Source of the DNA: a virus
IMG/VR virus record: IMGVR_UViG_3300047160_000952
Reading direction: 5' to 3' (one strand)
DNA length: 44,221 nucleotides
Shown: positions 7,581 to 16,474 of the stretch, piece after piece
How the letters are laid out: each line of letters starts with the position of its first letter
How positions within the stretch are numbered: the stretch's first letter is position 1
The notes under the pieces: generated by a model
What the model saw: only the letters and a program-made list of their open reading frames with translations
Database searches by the model: none
Told to the model about the DNA's origin: nothing
Position numbers and translations under genes: made by a program

Positions 7581-7931
7581 ATGACCAAGTCCAACAAGCC
7601 CGCCGCCAAGAACACCACCGAAACCGGCCGTCTGATGCCGACCGTGGTCGAGTCCAACACCGACATCGGCGACGCGGCCTTCGCCAGCGGTCGCAAGCGC
7701 GGCATCCTGGCCATCAACAACGATGGCGACCTCGTGGTCTGCTGCCGCGCCACGGCCCGCATCCACGGCTGGAAGCTGGAAGGCTCGCTGCACGTCCGCC
7801 CGTCCACCGCCGCCGTGAAGGAGGTCAAGGCCGACCAGCCGGCCCGCCGCAAGACGGACAAGAACCCCAAGGCCGCGATCAGCGCTGCCGCCGCTACGCT
7901 CGGTCTCGACGACATCCTGGCCGTCAAGTAA
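7581..7931 (+). CDS. Hypothetical protein (116 aa)
   Basis: An RBS (cggag) lies upstream of the ATG at 7581, and codons are GC3-biased. The longer track ORF from 7308 crosses the intergenic promoter region. Confidence 0.8.
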   Translation: MTKSNKPAAKNTTETGRLMPTVVESNTDIGDAAFASGRKRGILAINNDGDLVVCCRATARIHGWKLEGSLHVRPSTAAVKEVKADQPARRKTDKNPKAAISAAAATLGLDDILAVK

Positions 7932-7943
7932 GAGGTTCGCGCC

Positions 7944-8192
7944 GTGTCCAAGACCAAGCACCTGGACGGCGCCATCGCGGCGCTGTCCCACAAGCCGGGC
8001 ACGGAACGCGCCAAGCGCAAGGCCCAAGTGAACATCATCCTGTACGACCTGGGCGCGACCGGCGTGTCCGTGCAGGTGAACAACAAGGAGGTGTGGCTCG
8101 CGCCTGACATGACGCGCGCCGAAGAAGACGCCGACCGCCGCAAGGCCCGCGCGCAGGCGCTGGGCAAGACTGTCAACATCGAGAAATTCTGA
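7944..8192 (+). CDS. Hypothetical protein (82 aa)
   Basis: GTG start with an AAGAGG RBS 8 nt upstream. Confidence 0.75.
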   Translation: MSKTKHLDGAIAALSHKPGTERAKRKAQVNIILYDLGATGVSVQVNNKEVWLAPDMTRAEEDADRRKARAQALGKTVNIEKF

Positions 8193-8200
8193 GGTACAAC

Positions 8201-8650
8201 ATGATCCACGAATACTGCGTCACCTACGCCCGCGACGGCGAGGAGGTCTTCCACACGCACGTCGAGGACGCCACCGACGAGCAAGCGGCCATCCGTGTTG
8301 CGCTGACCGCCGCGCAGCAAGACATCGACGTGTCGGACTGCGACGTGCGCATCGCGGTGATCAAGCGCCTGCCCAAGGAGCTGAAGCACGTCATCAAGCT
8401 GGTGATGGCGCTGGGCACGTTCGCCGACGCGCTCAAGGTCGTCAAGTCGGCCGGCGGTGCAGAGCTGTTGACCCGCGAATCCATCGAGCGCGGCGTGGCC
8501 CAGTCGGTCGGCGCGCACAAGCGTGAAGGCGTGTGGCTGTTCCCGTCGCAGGAGGCGGAGGTCGAGTACTACCGCCGTCTGGCGACCGTGCTGGACACGG
8601 CCACGCCCGCCCCGCAGGACACTGGCAGGCCCAAAACCAACCTCCACTGA
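8201..8650 (+). CDS. Hypothetical protein (149 aa)
   Basis: ATG start with an upstream GAGG; GC3-biased codons. Confidence 0.8.
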   Translation: MIHEYCVTYARDGEEVFHTHVEDATDEQAAIRVALTAAQQDIDVSDCDVRIAVIKRLPKELKHVIKLVMALGTFADALKVVKSAGGAELLTRESIERGVAQSVGAHKREGVWLFPSQEAEVEYYRRLATVLDTATPAPQDTGRPKTNLH

Positions 8651-8662
8651 AAGGAGTCACTC

Positions 8663-8977
8663 GTGGCCAAAGACCGACTCGACGACCTGCCCCAAGTCCC
8701 GCAGGACTGGGCCAATCACATCCTCTGGGGTGGCGCCGAAGCCTCCGTGGTGGTCGTGATCATCGCGCTACTCACCCAGTTGGGCGGTGCCGTGATGACG
8801 CCCATGGCGTACTGGTACTGGGCCTTCGCGCTGGTGCTGCTGACCGCGACGGTCAAGAAGGTGTTCGACTACATCATCGAGCACGAGTCGCTGGCCATGT
8901 GCATCGGCAAGGCGTGGGTCACGACACTGATGCCCGGGTACATCCTGGTCATGCACTGGGTCGGCCTGCTGCCGTAA
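8663..8977 (+). CDS. Membrane protein, about 3 TM segments (last gene of the + unit)
   Basis: AAAGGAG RBS and a GTG start. Hydrophobic stretches are VVVVIIALLTQLGGAVM, YWYWAFALVLLTATV and TTLMPGYILVMHWVGLL. Confidence 0.8.
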   Translation: MAKDRLDDLPQVPQDWANHILWGGAEASVVVVIIALLTQLGGAVMTPMAYWYWAFALVLLTATVKKVFDYIIEHESLAMCIGKAWVTTLMPGYILVMHWVGLLP

Positions 8978-9033
8978 AGCTCTGCGGCGCGTCCCGCGCT
9001 ACCCCGCCTATGCCAACCCATAGGCACCAGTAA

Positions 9034-9057
9034 AAACGGCCCCGCTTGGGGCCGTTT
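9034..9057. terminator. Bidirectional rho-independent terminator between the convergent units
   Basis: Perfect hairpin AAACGGCCCC-GCTT-GGGGCCGTTT, with an A-run on one side and a T-run on the other. Confidence 0.75.
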
Positions 9058-9077
9058 GCATTTGGATACCGCTGGTA

Positions 9078-9647
9078 TCACTCCTTGGGTGGCGGAGTCG
9101 ACTGCGCCAGGAGTTCCGTCGTGCGGCCGGACTGGTGCGTCGTGCCGAACCAGAACGCCATGACCACGCCGAAGGCCGTGGACAGCGAGCCCAGCAGCAG
9201 GAGCAGTGCCTGCGAGTCGCTGGTCTTCAGCACACCCAGCATCATCGCCACCAGGATGCCCAGGAAACCCGCGACCACGATGGTGGACAGCACGGCCGGC
9301 ATGAACGACCGCGTGTTCACTTGCATGCCGCGTGCATCGGTACGATCCTTGACCTCCGTGTCGAACGCGTCCTGTTCCGCCTTGGCGCGGATCTGCAGGA
9401 TGGTCTCCGCGTGCCGTGCCTGGAACTCCAGCGCGGCTTCCTTGGCCTGCGCGTTGGCCGTCAGCGTGTCCACGAGGTTGTCCAGCGTGACCGTGGGTTG
9501 GCCCTTGGCGGCCGTGCCCAGGTGGTCGTCGACGGCCGACGCCAGCGCGGCGCCCAGAGCCATGCCGCCCGGTACCGGCAGGGCAGCGCCCAGCAGGGGC
9601 AGGCCAATGTCTGCGAGGCCTTTCGCAATGTCCTTCAGATCCATCAC
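9078..9647 (-). CDS. Holin-like protein resembling the 3-TM GTA-type holin family
   Basis: N-terminal Gly/Ala-rich segment, a central coiled-coil-like region (AQAKEAALEFQARHAETILQIRAKAEQ), then hydrophobic C-terminal segments. It overlaps the endolysin stop. Confidence 0.7.
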   Translation of the reverse strand: MMDLKDIAKGLADIGLPLLGAALPVPGGMALGAALASAVDDHLGTAAKGQPTVTLDNLVDTLTANAQAKEAALEFQARHAETILQIRAKAEQDAFDTEVKDRTDARGMQVNTRSFMPAVLSTIVVAGFLGILVAMMLGVLKTSDSQALLLLLGSLSTAFGVVMAFWFGTTHQSGRTTELLAQSTPPPKE

Positions 9648-10144
9648 ATCTTCTCCAGGTTGGTCGCCAGTCGGTTCATCCAGCCGGCGAGGTAGCGCGC
9701 ACGCAGCGCGGGGTCGAGACCCGTGTAGTACCGAATGACCTGTGCGGCGAAGCGCCGGAACAACTCGTTCGGCTCCATGCTGCCAGCCGCCATCAGCGTG
9801 TGGCCACCCAGCACGCCGTCGACGAACGCGCCCGTTGCACGCTGCAGAGCCTTGATGGCCGTGACCGGTCGACCGGGTTCGCTGGTGTTGACGGCGAAGT
9901 CGAACAACTCGTACTTCAGCACGGGCGGCACGCCGTCGCAGCCGGCTGGGCCCCAGTAGTACTTCGCGTACAGGAGCTTGGCACGGTCGAGCGTCAGGTT
10001 GGCGATGTCCTCGGTGGGGAACGCTCGCTTGCTGATGCCGTACTTGGTCTCGCCGCCCGGATCGGCCGGGTCGTTGACGTAGCCGCCTTCGTGCTGCGGG
10101 TCGACTAGGATGTTGAACGCTTGATCGAAGTCCATGTCAGCCAT
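9644..10144 (-). CDS. Endolysin, glycoside hydrolase family 108 type with a C-terminal peptidoglycan-binding-like region
   Basis: The signature HEGGYVNDPADPGGETKYGIS is typical of GH108 lysozymes. Confidence 0.9.
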   Translation of the reverse strand: MADMDFDQAFNILVDPQHEGGYVNDPADPGGETKYGISKRAFPTEDIANLTLDRAKLLYAKYYWGPAGCDGVPPVLKYELFDFAVNTSEPGRPVTAIKALQRATGAFVDGVLGGHTLMAAGSMEPNELFRRFAAQVIRYYTGLDPALRARYLAGWMNRLATNLEKM

Positions 10145-10337
10145 CCTTCGGAGGGTTGTTGCGATGCTTCCACGCGAGGTAGAACCTGTACACGATGAAG
10201 CAGATGGACAGGAAGGTCAGCGTGGACTGGCTGGTCAGAAAGGTTCCGACGTTGACGCCAGCGACCACGAGGGCTTCCAAGACAGGGTGTTGGTTCATCG
10301 TGTGACCGTTGCGGAGGAAGTCGATAAGTGCGCGCAT
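10137..10337 (-). CDS. Small membrane protein (holin/antiholin candidate)
   Basis: 66 aa with two hydrophobic stretches (VLEALVVAGVNVGTFL, LTFLSICFIVYRFYLAW), overlapping the endolysin start by 8 nt. Confidence 0.65.
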   Translation of the reverse strand: MRALIDFLRNGHTMNQHPVLEALVVAGVNVGTFLTSQSTLTFLSICFIVYRFYLAWKHRNNPPKDG

Positions 10338-10355
10338 TGTCGAGGCCTTTCGAGG

Positions 10356-10796
10356 TTACGGCGTGTAGCCCACGTCCCAGGACACAGAGCCAGTAGCGAG
10401 CGGATTGGTACCGCCAGAGTCACCATAGATGTACAGCGTGCCGTTGCCGGTGCCTTCCGTGACGTTGTTGACGCTGGTGAACGTCCATGACGAGCCACCC
10501 AAGCTAACCACAGAGCCGGTGGCCGTACCAGTGATCGTGGTACCTGACGAAGAGTTGATCGTCAACTTGCAGTACAGGCCAGTTGCGGCCCCGGTCGTGG
10601 GCGCCGGCGAGTACCATGCCGGCCCCGTGATGTTGGTACCGCCACCGGCAGGGGTCTGGGTAGTCGTGCCGTCGGAGTTAAGGCTGAAGAACGCGCTGCG
10701 GACACCGGTCGCGGCGGAGTTGTTCGACAACCCCATGCTGAACGGAATCGGCCCACCCTGGGCCATCCCTTGAAACGTGCGTGCTGCGAAGGTCAT
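10356..10796 (-). CDS. Gly/Ser/Thr-rich protein downstream of the tail fiber (146 aa)
   Basis: The ATG at 10796 overlaps the tail-fiber stop (ATGA). Only this 3' part of track ORF 10356..11762 is in a believable frame. Confidence 0.75.
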   Translation of the reverse strand: MTFAARTFQGMAQGGPIPFSMGLSNNSAATGVRSAFFSLNSDGTTTQTPAGGGTNITGPAWYSPAPTTGAATGLYCKLTINSSSGTTITGTATGSVVSLGGSSWTFTSVNNVTEGTGNGTLYIYGDSGGTNPLATGSVSWDVGYTP

Positions 10797-12298
10797 GAGA
10801 ACGCCTTGGTCAGAGTGCAGTAGACCTTGCCGGTCGTCGCGCGATACGTACAACACAGCAGATCGACCGCGTTCGCTGCCGTGGAAAGCACACCGGCAAC
10901 ACCGCCCGGCCAGACGTACCCGTTGGCGCTGGTAAGACCCGACAGCGTGCGAGTGCCGGTAGCATCCTGCGTGAAGAAGATGTTGACCGTCTGGCCGTCG
11001 GACAGGTTGCTCAACGTGAGCGACGTGGCGTTGCCGTTCAGAGTCTGTTCGAACACGTTGGACGTGCGGCAGTCGAACGTCAGAGCGCCGCTGGCTGCGG
11101 CAGGCTTGGTGGGCGTGGTGGCGGCCGAGCCGGCGAAGACGGTGTTGCCCGCAGAACCCACAGTCACACGCGTGATGCCATTGGTGTCCAGAGTCAGTGA
11201 ACCAGCGAGTGAGTTCATCACGTGCGCGTTGGTACCGTCGTGGTAGAAGTAGCCCGCAGCCGTGCCGCCGATCTTCAGACCGTAGATGGCGGTGGACGAG
11301 CCGTTGACTTCCACGGTGCCACGACCAGAAACCCACCACAGACTGGAAGTCGTGCCCCACAAGAACGCGCCGTTGTTGTCGAACCGACCGCGTTCCTGCC
11401 AGCCACCGTTGTAGCCCCAGAAGATCGACCCACCGTTGTAGGTCTGCATGCCAGAGCCCAGGCTGTCGGTACTGTTCCAGAGCTGGATCCAGGAGTTGGC
11501 ACCTACGGCAGCAGTACCGGCAGTGGTACGAGTGGCCAGGATGTCGTTGGACACGGTGCCACCGACACCGGTCGTCACCGCGAAGGCCGAACCCGACACG
11601 GTAGCGGTGCCAATCGCGAAGTTGCCACTGGTGTCGATGACTGCGCGGATCGTACCACCAGTCCCGAGTTTCAACGCTGCACCGTTCTCCGACATCAGTC
11701 GCACGTCGGCGCCCGTGTTGAACTGCAGATAGCCGGTGCGCGTGCTGTTCGCGGTGTTCCACCCGGAGATGTACCCCGCGTCGTGCTCGACACGGTGCGC
11801 TTCTTGCACGTTGTACGAGATCATCGACTTGTACGCCGTGAACGAACCCGAGCCAAAGACGATCACCTGCGCGCCGTTGACGTCGATCTCGACGCCCTGA
11901 CTGCTGCGCACGTAGGTCGACCCGCTGCCGATAGTGTTGTCGACGTCACCGAGGAAGATGTTGTTGCCAGAGTTGAGCAAGGCCACACGACGCGCGGTAC
12001 CTCCCGAGTCCTTCCATTGGAGGGCCACGTTGTTGGTGAACGTCATGGCGCCAGTGAACGTGTCACCGGCCTTGAGCGTGTAACCAGTGGCTTGCGCTGC
12101 CCAAGCCGTGCCACTGTACTGTTCGAGTACGCCGGTGGACTTGTTGAACCGGTACATTCCGGCCGTCAAGTTGGCGTACGAGGTCACGTAGGCCGGGTCG
12201 AGCATGAAGCCCAGCGACTGCATGTTGCCTTGCAGTTCGGTGGGCCACGCCGTGTAGGCGTCTGAAGTTACCGGCTTGCTGAAGTCGACGGTAGACAT
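10793..12298 (-). CDS. Tail fiber protein
   Basis: 501 aa, Gly/Thr/Ser/Asn-rich with a beta-rich composition, directly downstream of the host-specificity protein. Confidence 0.85.
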   Translation of the reverse strand: MSTVDFSKPVTSDAYTAWPTELQGNMQSLGFMLDPAYVTSYANLTAGMYRFNKSTGVLEQYSGTAWAAQATGYTLKAGDTFTGAMTFTNNVALQWKDSGGTARRVALLNSGNNIFLGDVDNTIGSGSTYVRSSQGVEIDVNGAQVIVFGSGSFTAYKSMISYNVQEAHRVEHDAGYISGWNTANSTRTGYLQFNTGADVRLMSENGAALKLGTGGTIRAVIDTSGNFAIGTATVSGSAFAVTTGVGGTVSNDILATRTTAGTAAVGANSWIQLWNSTDSLGSGMQTYNGGSIFWGYNGGWQERGRFDNNGAFLWGTTSSLWWVSGRGTVEVNGSSTAIYGLKIGGTAAGYFYHDGTNAHVMNSLAGSLTLDTNGITRVTVGSAGNTVFAGSAATTPTKPAAASGALTFDCRTSNVFEQTLNGNATSLTLSNLSDGQTVNIFFTQDATGTRTLSGLTSANGYVWPGGVAGVLSTAANAVDLLCCTYRATTGKVYCTLTKAFS

Positions 12299-12301
12299 AG
12301 G

Positions 12302-15300
12302 TCAGTATCCTCGCGTTTTCCAAGAGAAGGGGACGCCAGCGGTCTCGACGCCAGCACTGTCGAACATGCGCACCGCAAAGCTCGTCGGATTGGGTGGCCC
12401 ACTGTATATCACGGCGGGTCGCCACGGCAGGTTGTGCGAGTCCAGGCCACCGGGCTGCACGTCCGGGTAGTCAGCCTCGATAAACGGGTAGTTGAAGTTC
12501 ACGGTCACGCCGCTGGTGCCACTTACCACGCTCGTGCTCTGGCCGCTGTCCATGCGTTGCTTGATGTTCAGCTTCAAGTTGATGTTGGTGATCTGGATCA
12601 GGTTGGCGCCCGCAGTGCCAGAGACAGTCAGCACGAACTTGACGTAGCGGAACGACGTACCCAGTCCACTGAACCCCGCCGTCAGCGCCGTCCAGGTCGT
12701 GCCATCCGGACTGGTCGAGATCTGGCACGTGATCGACTCCGAGCCAGCCAGGATGTTGTACGTCGGCGTGACCGTGATGATGGATGCCGGGATCGACGTA
12801 CCGTAGTCGTACGTCTCGGTATACGAGCCGGACGCCAGCGACGGTTCAGCATAGATCGGGTAGCCAGCGGTGATCTGGTCGTTCGGCGACGTCCAGCTAT
12901 GGCCCGTGAAGTGCGTCGCCCACGTCTGCGTCGTGTCGTACGGGCCGATCATGGCACCGTTCTCGAGGTACATGTTCGACAGCGTACCGCTGAACGTCGA
13001 GTTGTAATTGACCTTTAGCACATAGTCGGGCGGCTGAGTCACGGTGCACGTGAGCGACGCGGGCGTGCCGTAGGTGCCGGCGCTGTCGATTGCGGCGAAC
13101 CAGTACGTGTACGTGCCGGCCAGTTGCTCGAACACCATGGCGAACGTCGAGTTGCCGTTGGAGCCGATCAGCGTACCGGATGCCCACGATGAACCCTTGC
13201 GCACTTCGTACGACGCAATGGGTAGCGTAGCGGTCGCCGGTGCGCCCCAGTACAGCAGAACGTTGTTGTCGACGATGTCTGCGCGTGTACCCGTCACGGC
13301 AGTCGGAACAGTGACAGTCACGGTCACGCTCACAGGCGTACCGTAGTTGCCTTGCACGTCGATCGGTGCGACCCAGTAGTTGCGCGTACCCGACCAACGG
13401 ATAGTCTCGACGTACGACGTGATGTTGAACACACCCATCGACGTCGCGCCCGACCACGTCAGACCGTAGCGCACTTCGAAGCCTGCGTTGGCGAACGCGC
13501 CCAGCACGTTGCTCCACGTCAGGTTCAGGTTCGGGCCGGCAATGTTCTGCGTCAGACCCGTCACGGTACCGGCCGTGACCGTGGTCGTCGCACTGACCGG
13601 CACGGAGTACGCACCGAAGGCGTCCACCGCTGCAACCCAGAACGTGTACGTACCAACGGCTTGGACTTGGTACAGGTAGCTGGTACCGCCGTCTGCAGCC
13701 AGCAGCGCGGCAGTTGCCCAGGAACTTCCCACGCGGTACTCGTAGCGCACCACGTCCAGGTCAGGGCTACGCGCGGTCGTCAGACGCACGCCAAAGAGTT
13801 CCATGGTGGGCGTCAGGCTTGCCGGCGACGTCGGGGGCAACGCGGCCATGTACCCCGTGATGGTGTACGAGTACGCCGACACGTCTGCGAGGCCCTGCTG
13901 CGCGCCGCCGTACTGGTTGAAGCTGCACAGCTTGACGTAGATGGTCTTGCCGACCATGGTCAGATCAAGGTCGTCGTACAGCGCAACGGCCGTGTCGACG
14001 CGCACGAACGGGTCGCCACTGCTGTGAGCTTGCGGGCCCGTGCTGTACGCGCCGCGATTCAGACCCGACAGCGTGTAGGCTTGCGCCCCGGTCAGCGTTG
14101 CCGTCTGGAACGCGAAGTACTCAGGGTTCGCGCCACCGATGTAGCAAAGCGTCGACAGGTTCGCTGCGTCCGTCGCGCTGCCGCTGGTCAACTGCGTGAC
14201 GCCGTTCAGGTTGTTGATGGCGACCGACGTATCCGTGTTCAGCACGTTGGCAGACAGCGTGCCGGCGCGCGACGGGCCGTAGACCACGCCGATCTGGCGA
14301 TAGTTGGTGCCGTCGTTCGATGCCCAGACCTGCGTACCACCCCAGTTGGTGTTCGTGCTGGGGTTGACCGCTATGTTCACGCTCAGACCGGTCGGGGTCT
14401 TGGCGGCGGGGCCTTCGAAGAAGTACGGCGCCGGCGCGGTGCCGGCCGGCGTGTTGTAGTCGTGCTGGTAGCCACCGGGGCTCTGGTTCGGGTACAACGT
14501 GGCCGAAGCCATGCCGGCAGGGTAATCCTCTGCCTCAATCTGGATGTCGCCGTTCTCGGCTTCGGTGACGGACGTGATGCGCACAGGCCACTTGCTCATC
14601 CCGAGCTTGGTGTCCGTGAGCGTGACCAAATCCATGGGCTCCAGCAGCGCGAAATGCCATGGAAGCGTGAACTTGTACGTGCCGTTCACATACAACTGCC
14701 GCTGCAGCGACAACTGCGCCATGTTCTGCGCAACACTCATGACGCAGACCCAGTGCGCCTGAATTGTGCTCATGTCGCGCAGACCGTTCAGACGAATGTC
14801 CGTCAGGTCGCGCGCATCGGCGATGCAGACGTTGTACTGCTGCGAGCGGTCGAGATATTCGATGCGAACATGGTTGTACCGATCTGCCGCAGTCTTCAGG
14901 TCGTACTGCACCGGGTCGGTCATGCCGCCCGGCGCGATCCAGCAGGTGTCGTCCAGGTCGTACACCGGGGTCGTGTTCGGCGTGTATGTGACGCCGTTCG
15001 CGGTCGCGGCTTGGTCGCCGTAAGGGATGACCTTCAGACGACCACCACTCCACACGATGGCGCTGTTGGTCAGCTCAGCGGCAGTCTTCAGCAAGTCGCC
15101 GGCCGGCTGTTGCGTGTCGATGCAAGGCGACACCAGCAGGTTGTTCGCGACGCAGTAGTTCGACCACGCGCTGAAGTCCACCGCAGCGGGCGGGAAGTTG
15201 GCACCCTGCCGTGCGTTGGTCAGCAGTTCACGGAAGATTGCTGCCGGGTCGGCGTCAGGCTGGGACGACCCCAGCGCATAGGCGAACGGGAACACGCCCT

Positions 15301-16048
15301 CGACGACGTGGTTGTCGACCTGAGCGTTGCTGCCCAGCACGTACTGCGTAGCAGCGATGGCACCGATGCCGCTGTAGCCAATGGCTTGCGGCGCACCGTA
15401 TGAGTTCAGGCCAGACCAGACGGCCTGCCCAATGTCACCCTTGATCAGCGTGAAGCCGAGTGTGGACAGCGCGCCGGTCGACGGCGTGCCCGTCGTGTAC
15501 TGATATGTCACGCTCAGCAAGATGCCGCGCAGGGCACCGTTCTGGATGGTGACGATACCATTCTCGATGGTGTAGTCCGCGCCCAGTGACAACGGAACAA
15601 CCACACCGGTCGTGCCATCCTGCGCCGTGGTCGTGCGTGTGATGGACTGCATGCCGGCGTAGGTCGCGGCGTGGCCCAGCGTGTAGGTCATGGCACCGCT
15701 CGACTGAACGGTGTAGGGTTCCGTAATGGTGGGCAGATTCGCGCCGCTGACGCCGCCGCTGTACAGGTTCTTGCCGACCCATACGCGCGGAATACCACTA
15801 ATGCGCGTGGCGCTGATGCCCATGATGACGTCGGCAGCGTACGAGTACGTCGTGCTCTGCTGTTTCACACCGCCCTTGCCGCCGCTCGACGTGGTGTGCG
15901 GGATGCTCTTGAACCCGTTGTACCACAGCAGGTTCACCGGTACCTTGCAGACACCGTAGCAGAGCGGGATGACAGCGCCGTAGCACGACGACTGCAAGGC
16001 CAACGCGTCGAGGCGGGTGTCACTGGTTCGAATGGTCGTGCCGCCCAT
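12302..16048 (-). CDS. Host specificity / central tail tip protein (lambda J / RcGTA gp15-like) with three FN3-like repeats
   Basis: 1248 aa. The N-terminus (RLDALALQSSCYGAVIPLCYGVCKVPVNLLWYNGF) is typical of this family. It follows an NlpC/P60 and DUF2163/DUF2460 tail-tip set. Confidence 0.9.
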   Translation of the reverse strand: MGGTTIRTSDTRLDALALQSSCYGAVIPLCYGVCKVPVNLLWYNGFKSIPHTTSSGGKGGVKQQSTTYSYAADVIMGISATRISGIPRVWVGKNLYSGGVSGANLPTITEPYTVQSSGAMTYTLGHAATYAGMQSITRTTTAQDGTTGVVVPLSLGADYTIENGIVTIQNGALRGILLSVTYQYTTGTPSTGALSTLGFTLIKGDIGQAVWSGLNSYGAPQAIGYSGIGAIAATQYVLGSNAQVDNHVVEGVFPFAYALGSSQPDADPAAIFRELLTNARQGANFPPAAVDFSAWSNYCVANNLLVSPCIDTQQPAGDLLKTAAELTNSAIVWSGGRLKVIPYGDQAATANGVTYTPNTTPVYDLDDTCWIAPGGMTDPVQYDLKTAADRYNHVRIEYLDRSQQYNVCIADARDLTDIRLNGLRDMSTIQAHWVCVMSVAQNMAQLSLQRQLYVNGTYKFTLPWHFALLEPMDLVTLTDTKLGMSKWPVRITSVTEAENGDIQIEAEDYPAGMASATLYPNQSPGGYQHDYNTPAGTAPAPYFFEGPAAKTPTGLSVNIAVNPSTNTNWGGTQVWASNDGTNYRQIGVVYGPSRAGTLSANVLNTDTSVAINNLNGVTQLTSGSATDAANLSTLCYIGGANPEYFAFQTATLTGAQAYTLSGLNRGAYSTGPQAHSSGDPFVRVDTAVALYDDLDLTMVGKTIYVKLCSFNQYGGAQQGLADVSAYSYTITGYMAALPPTSPASLTPTMELFGVRLTTARSPDLDVVRYEYRVGSSWATAALLAADGGTSYLYQVQAVGTYTFWVAAVDAFGAYSVPVSATTTVTAGTVTGLTQNIAGPNLNLTWSNVLGAFANAGFEVRYGLTWSGATSMGVFNITSYVETIRWSGTRNYWVAPIDVQGNYGTPVSVTVTVTVPTAVTGTRADIVDNNVLLYWGAPATATLPIASYEVRKGSSWASGTLIGSNGNSTFAMVFEQLAGTYTYWFAAIDSAGTYGTPASLTCTVTQPPDYVLKVNYNSTFSGTLSNMYLENGAMIGPYDTTQTWATHFTGHSWTSPNDQITAGYPIYAEPSLASGSYTETYDYGTSIPASIITVTPTYNILAGSESITCQISTSPDGTTWTALTAGFSGLGTSFRYVKFVLTVSGTAGANLIQITNINLKLNIKQRMDSGQSTSVVSGTSGVTVNFNYPFIEADYPDVQPGGLDSHNLPWRPAVIYSGPPNPTSFAVRMFDSAGVETAGVPFSWKTRGY

Positions 16049-16053
16049 GGCGT

Positions 16054-16473
16054 TCAGTCCTTCCAGAACGTGAAGTAGCAGACCTCACGTCCGTTGAGTG
16101 GTTCGTCCGCGACATTGTTGACGACGACGCCCGTGGTGATGTAGCTGTGCACGACCACGTCAGGTTCGACCAAGATCGCGCCATGGCTGAAGCATCGGCC
16201 GAACTTGTACACGGCGATGTCGCCCGGCTTGGGGGTCTGGGTCGGTACCGCGCCAAACGACCGCACGTGGGCCACAAAAAGCTCCTCAGTGCGGTGCAAA
16301 TGCCAGTCGTGTGCGTAGTCATAGACAGGGTGCCTGACAAGCACGCCTGCGGCCCCGTAGACGCCAATCAGTAACTGGCCGCAGTCGACACCTACGCCCT
16401 TGACCTGCGCGTGGTGGTGGTACGGCGTGCCGAGCCAGCTACGGGCCTCTGCGATGACAGCTTCTCGAGTCAT
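16054..16473 (-). CDS. NlpC/P60-family tail peptidase (lambda K / RcGTA gp14-like)
   Basis: WLGTPYHHHAQVKGVGVDCGQLLIGVY contains the catalytic Cys context; the downstream His (FSHGAILV) is present. Confidence 0.9.
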   Translation of the reverse strand: MTREAVIAEARSWLGTPYHHHAQVKGVGVDCGQLLIGVYGAAGVLVRHPVYDYAHDWHLHRTEELFVAHVRSFGAVPTQTPKPGDIAVYKFGRCFSHGAILVEPDVVVHSYITTGVVVNNVADEPLNGREVCYFTFWKD

Positions 16474-16474
16474 G

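Noticed and set aside
7522-7584. 20-codon leader ORF (MNSLNNTTLLRRNINLRSSS) whose start resembles the MNALTQRT start at 35713
   Set aside because: The similarity is better explained by the conserved promoter/leader DNA repeat. In that reading the ATG would be part of the -10 element and upstream of the likely transcription start. Neither ATG has an RBS, and GC3 is low.
10356-11762. 468-aa - strand ORF overlapping the tail fiber gene
   Set aside because: Upstream of 10796 it is an out-of-frame reading of the tail fiber gene (Arg/His/Cys/Trp-rich). Only the last 146 codons, starting at an ATG that overlaps the fiber stop, were kept.
13352-15403. 683-aa + strand ORF inside the J-like tail gene
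   Set aside because: Antisense shadow ORF of Arg-rich low-complexity sequence. The - strand frame carries the recognisable host-specificity protein.
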